This document shows, in pieces, positions 57,838 through 64,000 of a stretch of DNA of 64,000 nt (positions are counted from its first letter, which is position 1; each line of letters starts with the position of its first letter). The stretch lies in assembly GCA_965248925.1 (NCBI GenBank), contig CBDFLE010000006.1:128001-192000 (forward strand). The letters are read 5' to 3'. The DNA is from Candidatus Multivoradales bacterium (GTDB taxonomy: Bacteria > Acidobacteriota > Thermoanaerobaculia > Multivoradales > J023). The translations under genes were made by a program, and so were the position numbers. The notes beneath the pieces were generated by a model. That model was not told where the DNA came from. It was given only the letters and a program-made list of their open reading frames with translations, and ran no database searches.

Positions 57838-58769
57838 TGCGGGCCAGCGGCAATCCGACCAGCTGGCTGATCGCGCTATTGCTGGTCGCCCTGGCCGGCT
57901 CTCCTCTGTGGGCTGCGGCCACACCGCCCGAGCTGATTTTCGCGGCGCCGCCTGAACTTGAGGGCGCGCTGCGCCGGGCGCGAGGCTTCGATCGCCAGGC
58001 CCTGGTCGAAACTCTGGAGCTCCTCGGCCTCGAGCAGCCGGGGCCGCCAATCCACATCAAATTGGTGGCCGCAGACTCCCCCGAAGCGCGGCAGGCGCCG
58101 TCTTGGGTGCTGGGCTACGCTTTCGGCGCGGCTGGTTGGGCAGTGGTGATCCCGGCCCGTGTGCCGGGCTATCCGGGCCGCAATCTGGAGTCGGTCTTGC
58201 ATCATGAGATCACCCATGTGCTGGTGGCGCGCGCGGCTCACCGCCGTTCGGTTCCGCGTTGGTTCGACGAAGGCCTGGCGATGACCGCCGCCCGGCGTTG
58301 GACCTGGGGCGATCGCTCGCGGTTGGTCTTCGCCACTTTCAGCCGCGGTGGCTTGCGGTTGGCCGACCTCGACCGCGGCTTTCCCGCCAACCCGGCGGCT
58401 TCGGCCCGCGCCTACGCTTTCTCTGCGGCGCTCGTGCGACACCTGATCGAGACCTACGGCCAGGGGGCACCGGCGCGGATCCTTGAGGGTCTGGGTCGCG
58501 GCCGTGGCTTCGCATCAGCATTCCGTCAGGCCACCGGCCACGGCTTGGGCGACGCCGAGAACCTCTTCTGGCGGCAACTAGATTGGCGGAACAAATGGGT
58601 GCCATTCCTCACCAGCTCGGCCTTCGTTTGGCTACTGATCACCAGCCTGGCGCTCCTCGCCTTCCGCCGGCGCCGGGCCCTCGACCAGGCTCAACGCGAG
58701 ATTTGGGATGCCGAAGATAGAGCCCCGTGGGAGCAAGCTGACTCAACCACCGAACCATGGGTAAACTAG
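57837..58769 (+). CDS. Peptidase MA-like metalloprotein
   Basis: Signal peptide, HHEITH...PRWFDEGLA, C-terminal TM. Confidence 0.8.
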   Translation: MRASGNPTSWLIALLLVALAGSPLWAAATPPELIFAAPPELEGALRRARGFDRQALVETLELLGLEQPGPPIHIKLVAADSPEARQAPSWVLGYAFGAAGWAVVIPARVPGYPGRNLESVLHHEITHVLVARAAHRRSVPRWFDEGLAMTAARRWTWGDRSRLVFATFSRGGLRLADLDRGFPANPAASARAYAFSAALVRHLIETYGQGAPARILEGLGRGRGFASAFRQATGHGLGDAENLFWRQLDWRNKWVPFLTSSAFVWLLITSLALLAFRRRRALDQAQREIWDAEDRAPWEQADSTTEPWVN

Positions 58770-58817
58770 GGCAGACTGAGTAGAAATTTTCACCTGATCC
58801 ACCGTCGGAGCCAAGCG

Positions 58818-59501
58818 ATGACCACTCATTTCGACCCCAAGCTATTCGCTTTCTTGCGCGATCTGCGACAGAACAACCAACGCGACTGGTTCCAAGCCCA
58901 CAAGGAACGCTACGAAGACACGGTCAAGGATCCGCTGTTGACCTTTATCAGCGACTTTGGCCCACACCTGCGCAAGATCTCCAAACACTTCGTTGCCGAT
59001 CCCCGACCCACCGGCGGCTCGATGTTTCGCATCTATCGCGATGTGCGTTTCTCCAAAGACAAGAGCCCGTACAAAACTACCGCCTCGGCCCATTTCAAGC
59101 ACCGCCGCGCCAAGGATGTCCACGCGCCGGGGTTCTACCTGCATCTGGAGCCCGGCCAAGTATTCGCCGGTGCCGGCATCTGGCGCCCCGCTGGACCCGC
59201 GGTGAGGGCAATTCGCAGCGCTATTGTTGAGCATCCCGACGAGTGGCGGAAGATGCTCAACAATCGGCGTTTCCGTCAGCTCGGCGAACTCAGCGGCGAA
59301 TCGCTCAAGCGCCCGCCCCGCGACTTCGATCCCGAGCACCCACTGATCGAAGACCTCAAGCGCAAGGACTTCTTGGTCGATCAGCCATTCACCGAGGCCG
59401 ATGCCACCGGCGAGGACTTTCTCGACCGTTTTGTCGACTTCTGCCGCGCCGCGGCGCCGCTGATGAAATTCCTCACCGGGGCTCTAGAGGTGGAATTCTG
59501 A
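58818..59501 (+). CDS. DUF2461 / TIGR02453 protein
   Basis: NNQRDWF, FRIYRDVRFSKDKSPYKT, GFYLH. Confidence 0.93.
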   Translation: MTTHFDPKLFAFLRDLRQNNQRDWFQAHKERYEDTVKDPLLTFISDFGPHLRKISKHFVADPRPTGGSMFRIYRDVRFSKDKSPYKTTASAHFKHRRAKDVHAPGFYLHLEPGQVFAGAGIWRPAGPAVRAIRSAIVEHPDEWRKMLNNRRFRQLGELSGESLKRPPRDFDPEHPLIEDLKRKDFLVDQPFTEADATGEDFLDRFVDFCRAAAPLMKFLTGALEVEF

Positions 59502-59594
59502 GCCGCTGCCAGAAAGACACTTTCGCGGCGGACTCCACCGCCTGATCTTGGCCGATAGAATGCGCTCTCCCGACCGACCTCATGGAGATCGCAT

Positions 59595-62180
59595 ATGAGC
59601 CTTCGTAGCCTGCTTTCTACTCTTGTTCTGTCCCTCGTCACCGTAGTCGCAGCTTCCTCACTCGGCGCCCAGGTTCCGAGCTTCGCCGAGGTTACTGGCC
59701 ACCAACTTGGTGAGCGCATCACCCAGCATCACCAAACTCTGCGCTTCTTCGAGCGATTGGCGGCAACCTCACCGCGAGTGACAGTGGAGATTCAGGGCGA
59801 GACCTGGGAGGGCCGGCCGTTGCCGCTGGCGATCGTCACCTCACCGGCGAATCATGCCCGGCTGGCCGAGATTCGGGCGGGCGCGGCGCGCTTGGGAGGT
59901 GGCGAATCCGACGCGGACTTGCTCGCCTCACAGCCGGCGATCGTCTGGTTGGGAGGCTCGATACACGGCTTCGAGCTGTCCGGCACCGAAGGGCTGCTGA
60001 AGCTGCTGGAGCGGCTGGCGACGGCCGAAGACCCCGCCACGCTGAAGGCCCTCGACCAGACCGTGGTACTGATCGATCCTACCCTCAACCCCGACGGCCG
60101 CGACGCCTTTGCCCAGGCCAACGCCCAGCTCACCAGCCGTCAACCCAATCCGCGGCGGGATGATTGGAACAATGATTGGAGCCGCTGGGACGCCCTACGC
60201 TTCCGCACCGGACACTATTTTTTCGACAACAATCGTGACTGGTTTGCCCACACCCAGCCGGAGACTCGGTACCGGGTGCCGACCTGGGTCAGCTGGCGGC
60301 CGCAGGTAGTGATAGACGCCCACGAAATGGGATCCGATCAGGAGTTCTTCTTCGATCCACCCACCGCCCCCTTCGCCCCCCATTTCCCGGCCTTCGCCCG
60401 CCGCTGGTTCGAGCGCTTCGGCAGCGCCTACGCGGCAGCCTTCGACAGTGCTGGTTTCGAATACACGCAGCGCCAACTGTTCAACTACTACTACCCCGGC
60501 TACTCGACATCCTTCGGCAGTCACCAAGGAGCGGTGGGCATGCTTTACGAGCAGGGCAGCAGCCGCGGTCTGGCAATGGAGAGGGCCGATGGCTCGGTGC
60601 GCACCCTGGCCAACGCCCTCGAGCAACAGTACACCGCCGCCTGGACCGCGGTGCGAATAGCCGCCGACCAGCGGGCCGAGCTCTTGCGTGACTATGCCAA
60701 AAGCCGGCGCCAAGCGATCGCCAGCGGTCGGCAAGGCGTGCGGCGCTACTTCATCGGCGGCGGTGACCCCAACTTGCGCGCCGAACTGGCCAACATACTG
60801 CGCCGCGGTGGCATTGAGGTGCGCAGCTTGCGCCAGCCGACCCAACTAGAGGATCTGCGCGGCCGAGACGGCGCCGACTTGGGCGACTTCGAACTTGCCG
60901 CCGGCACCTTGGTGATCGATGCCGCCCAGCCCAACAGCGCCTTGATCCGCACCCTGCTAGAACCTGAAATCGAGATGCCTGCTGAATTTCTAGAAGCCGC
61001 CCGCCGACGCCTCGACCAGGGCGAGAACCCGCGCTTCTATGACATCACCGCCTGGTCCTTGCCCTTGCTCTTCAATCTTCAAGCCTGGAGCACCGAAGAC
61101 GACGGCCCGCTGAGCACCGACCCACTGCCCGAGGATCCCCGAGGCGCCATTGAACTACCGACCGCCGACGCCACCTACGCCTACATCTTCGATGGCAGCA
61201 GCGCCGCCTCGGTAGCCATAGCCCACCAGCTCAAACAGCTCGACTTCCGCGCCACCACCGCCGGACTGTCGACCCGGATCGACGACCGCGACATCCCCAG
61301 CGGCTCGGTAGTAGTGCGAGTGTCGCAGAACGAACCCACCGTGCATGCCGCCGTGCGCCAGTTGGCCGAACGCTACAAAGTCGATTTGTGGACCGTCACC
61401 AGTGGCGCTGGCCAGGACCAGCGACCGGCGTTGGGCGCGGTGGAGGGCTTGACCGTCCAGCGTGCGCGCATCGCCATCCTCAGCGATTCGCCGGTCAACG
61501 CTTACAGCTTTGGTTGGGCTTGGCACAAACTCGATCGGCAGTACGAGTTGCCTACCACCGTGCTACGCGCCGCCAGCCTGGCGGCAACCCCCCTCGACGA
61601 CTTCGACAGCTTGGTGATCCCCGACCTCAACTCAGCCGAAGCCCTCGCCGACCTGCTCGGTGAGAAGGGGCGCCAGCGGCTGAAGACTTGGGTCGAAGAC
61701 GGTGGCAACGTGGTGGCCCTCGGTCAAGCGGTTGATTTCGCCCGCCACCAGCTCGGCCTCGAGGCGCTGACCTCACCTCTCGACAGCGACGAGGGCGAGC
61801 AGGACAAACGCCGCTTCGCCGTACCGGGAGCCATCCTCCGTGCCGAACTGGACAGCGAAGATTGGATGACCGCCGGCTACAACAGTGACCAGCTGCCCTT
61901 CCTGATCTTCTCCGACCGGGTCTACAACGCTCCCACCGGCCCACCCAAGGCCGGTCAGAAAGTGATCGTCGCCTGCCCCGAGCAAGGCGATCCGCGCTTG
62001 TCGGGTCACCTGTGGCCCGAAAGCACCGAGATGCTGCGCGGCGCGGTGCTGGTCTACCGCCAGCAAGTTGGCCAAGGCCAGGTGATCGCTTTCGCTGAGG
62101 ACACCAACTTCCGCGGTTTCTGGCGTGGGACGGATCGGTTGTTCTTGAACGCGGTGGTGCTGGGGCCGAGCACGTTGTAA
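59595..62180 (+). CDS. Secreted M14 zinc carboxypeptidase
   Basis: IHGFE, NPDG, DNNRDW, DAHEMG, LYEQ, YDITAWSLPL, C-terminal GATase-like region. Confidence 0.9.
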   Translation: MSLRSLLSTLVLSLVTVVAASSLGAQVPSFAEVTGHQLGERITQHHQTLRFFERLAATSPRVTVEIQGETWEGRPLPLAIVTSPANHARLAEIRAGAARLGGGESDADLLASQPAIVWLGGSIHGFELSGTEGLLKLLERLATAEDPATLKALDQTVVLIDPTLNPDGRDAFAQANAQLTSRQPNPRRDDWNNDWSRWDALRFRTGHYFFDNNRDWFAHTQPETRYRVPTWVSWRPQVVIDAHEMGSDQEFFFDPPTAPFAPHFPAFARRWFERFGSAYAAAFDSAGFEYTQRQLFNYYYPGYSTSFGSHQGAVGMLYEQGSSRGLAMERADGSVRTLANALEQQYTAAWTAVRIAADQRAELLRDYAKSRRQAIASGRQGVRRYFIGGGDPNLRAELANILRRGGIEVRSLRQPTQLEDLRGRDGADLGDFELAAGTLVIDAAQPNSALIRTLLEPEIEMPAEFLEAARRRLDQGENPRFYDITAWSLPLLFNLQAWSTEDDGPLSTDPLPEDPRGAIELPTADATYAYIFDGSSAASVAIAHQLKQLDFRATTAGLSTRIDDRDIPSGSVVVRVSQNEPTVHAAVRQLAERYKVDLWTVTSGAGQDQRPALGAVEGLTVQRARIAILSDSPVNAYSFGWAWHKLDRQYELPTTVLRAASLAATPLDDFDSLVIPDLNSAEALADLLGEKGRQRLKTWVEDGGNVVALGQAVDFARHQLGLEALTSPLDSDEGEQDKRRFAVPGAILRAELDSEDWMTAGYNSDQLPFLIFSDRVYNAPTGPPKAGQKVIVACPEQGDPRLSGHLWPESTEMLRGAVLVYRQQVGQGQVIAFAEDTNFRGFWRGTDRLFLNAVVLGPSTL

Positions 62181-62344
62181 GGGAATCGATATATGATCAC
62201 AGACCCCTCGATGGTCATATATTGATGGTCATATTTCCTCTGCATCGCCCCGACGGGGCGGTCTCCCGCGAACAGAAGACCACCCAAACCAAGTGAGTCA
62301 CAAATTCTTAGTCGACCAGCTGACACGATTCGGAGAGCGCCTGA

Positions 62345-62692
62345 TCAGCCGCACTCATCGAGCGGCCTCCAGCTGTCCCAGCAGGGCACCGAATCGGTCA
62401 CCTCCTGGCCACCACTGACTGGCCGCAACGCGCCAAATTTCTCACAGGCATGTGCCATCAGATGGTGTGCCGCAGCCAGGGATGGCGATCTGGTTAGGGC
62501 TTTTGTAAAATCTGTGGTCGCGGGCCGGGCGCCCGTCCATGCTTGAGCGAGGATTATTAACACAATGATCGGAAGACCTGTTCTTAGCCCTCGCGGATTT
62601 GGCAGAGACACAGGCAGCGGGCTGACCGTCGCATTCCGTGCCAAGGCTCGATTGACAGCTGAATCCCTCAGGGTGTTGTCATTAGTCCTCAC
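62345..62692 (-). CDS. Possible small hypothetical protein with one hydrophobic segment
   Basis: 115-aa ORF in a 1.1-kb gap; no recognisable motif. Confidence 0.25.
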   Translation of the reverse strand: MRTNDNTLRDSAVNRALARNATVSPLPVSLPNPRGLRTGLPIIVLIILAQAWTGARPATTDFTKALTRSPSLAAAHHLMAHACEKFGALRPVSGGQEVTDSVPCWDSWRPLDECG

Positions 62693-63290
62693 CTGCTTTC
62701 ATTCACAATTCCAACTTTCGAAGCAGCCCCGGATCACCCACGGGGATCGGCAGAATCGGCCAGCGGACAGCATCGGGGAACCCTCCCGGCGCGGCGGAAC
62801 AAAGCTGGGGATCGCCTGCCAGTAGCAGGCTCCGCCATTGACGACCTGCTTGGTTCAGTAGTCGCCAGGAGTGCTAATTTGGTTTACAAATCACCCAAAG
62901 AGATGTCTTCGGGTTCGCCACTACAGATCTTGATACTCGGAATCTCGCCGGCCTTCAAACAGAACTCAGTCACCACAGAGCTACCAGCAGTCCCACGGGG
63001 TCGCCGGGTCTGATCGATATTGAGTCCGTGGTCGAAGGGATAAGTTTCCAGCGAGCTAAGAGCTTATGGCAAGAGTCGAGTCGCGCTGCAAGCAGCGCTT
63101 TGAGGCCAGATCTGCGTTGCGGGATCTAGAAATATCACCGCTAGTCCTGCACTCTCGCGCCTTGGTATGACCCCAATTCACTCGCTCTCGCCTGCGTCTG
63201 GCCTTCACCACTGGCTCCTGGGTCATCCGTGACTCTCTTGAGCTGACAGGCCTGAGCAGCCGTGGAGATTGGTTCACTCCTCTGTTGCCG

Positions 63291-64000
63291 CTAGCCAGGC
63301 TCGCGACGGCAGAAGCTCCAGCTAGCAACCGCTGCAAACAACAACCCACCCCCGGCGCCAGCGATGGCCCAGCGGGGCTCGAGTTCGCCCGCGGCCAGAC
63401 CGCGAACCGCTGCTACTGGCCATGCCCAAGGGTGGTAGCGCTCCAGGTCGGCACCCACCGAACGGACGGCCAGCATCGAGATCGACGCCACTAGGCCAAG
63501 GCCGATCGGCAGCACGAAGTCGGTGCGCAGCAATGACACCCAGGTCAGAATGGCGAGCAGAAAACAGGCCGCCAAACAGAGGCTTATTAAGCCTTGAAAA
63601 TAGAGTCCCCAGGGCGGTGCGGCTGAGAATCCGACTTCTGGCAGCTGCCAAGCGAGCAGCCAACCCACCCCCAAGACACCGACCAGCAGCAGGGTGGAAC
63701 TCACCACCATCAGCAAAAAGGCGATCAGCTGTTTGGCGGCATAGATCTGCCACCGTGGCAGACCCAGGGAAAACAGCCGCACCAAACCCCGCGATCGATG
63801 CTCGATGGCCGCTAGCAAAGCGCACTGCAACGCGACCGCCAACGGCAAGACCACCATCGCCCAAACACCAAAAGCCCCATCGCCGAGCCAACTCCAAGAG
63901 CGCATCTGGCCAGAACGCAGCAGCCGCGTTCCAGTGTCCGAGAGAGCAAAGGCAAGCAGGGCGGCGATCACGATCCATGGAGCCAACAGAGCTACCATCA
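63291..64000 (-). CDS. ABC-2 type permease (lantibiotic-immunity-like), 5' end outside the window
   Basis: EHRSRG..RLFSL..PRWQIYAAK, 6-TM pattern, PWAWP. Confidence 0.82.
   Translation of the reverse strand, partial: MVALLAPWIVIAALLAFALSDTGTRLLRSGQMRSWSWLGDGAFGVWAMVVLPLAVALQCALLAAIEHRSRGLVRLFSLGLPRWQIYAAKQLIAFLLMVVSSTLLLVGVLGVGWLLAWQLPEVGFSAAPPWGLYFQGLISLCLAACFLLAILTWVSLLRTDFVLPIGLGLVASISMLAVRSVGADLERYHPWAWPVAAVRGLAAGELEPRWAIAGAGGGLLFAAVASWSFCRREPG

Noticed and set aside
62851-62877. CIRCE element (GAGTGCTAA half-site)
   Set aside because: The left arm TTAGCACTC is absent and no chaperone gene follows
63056-63349. Small ORF after the ABC permease as a bacteriocin precursor
   Set aside because: No leader motif, no convincing RBS and no modifying enzyme in the window

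Overview
High-GC bacterial chromosomal window. Gene content (SpoIVB-S55 / beta-propeller / coaD block, many secreted peptidases, a C-terminal IFxDGFxSGD motif) suggests Acidobacteriota, possibly Thermoanaerobaculia; this is an inference. The backbone is housekeeping: apaG, coaD, tsaC, recN, proC, proline dehydrogenase, lipA, lipB, nadQ-nadABC with two visible NadQ operators, fdrA/ylbE, a CBS-like enzyme, an NSS transporter, two S9 peptidases, an M14 peptidase and a sugar-nucleotide/GT2 operon. Several accessory inserts interrupt it. (1) At about 3.2-7.3 kb, a decayed repeat protein is fused to an IS1-family remnant, followed by radC and a tightly coupled three-gene operon encoding a COMMD-like protein, a WDG-motif protein and a small Tse2/ART-like protein; this is the best candidate for a new system. 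(2) At 16.3-17.9 kb, a membrane TPR protein converges on a 16-aa peptide gene that has its own promoter and RBS. (3) A complete 2.5-kb DDE IS with TIRs, a 5-bp TSD and three identical internal 21-bp palindromes splits a Yip1 gene. (4) A type II R-M-like gene pair. Other unusual items are a CASTOR-type ACT domain fused to a DEAD-box helicase, and a secreted protein with lysyl-oxidase-like motifs next to a NapH/MauN-type ferredoxin-TPR protein. No rRNA, tRNA or CRISPR array was seen. All family calls come from manual motif recognition, not database searches.
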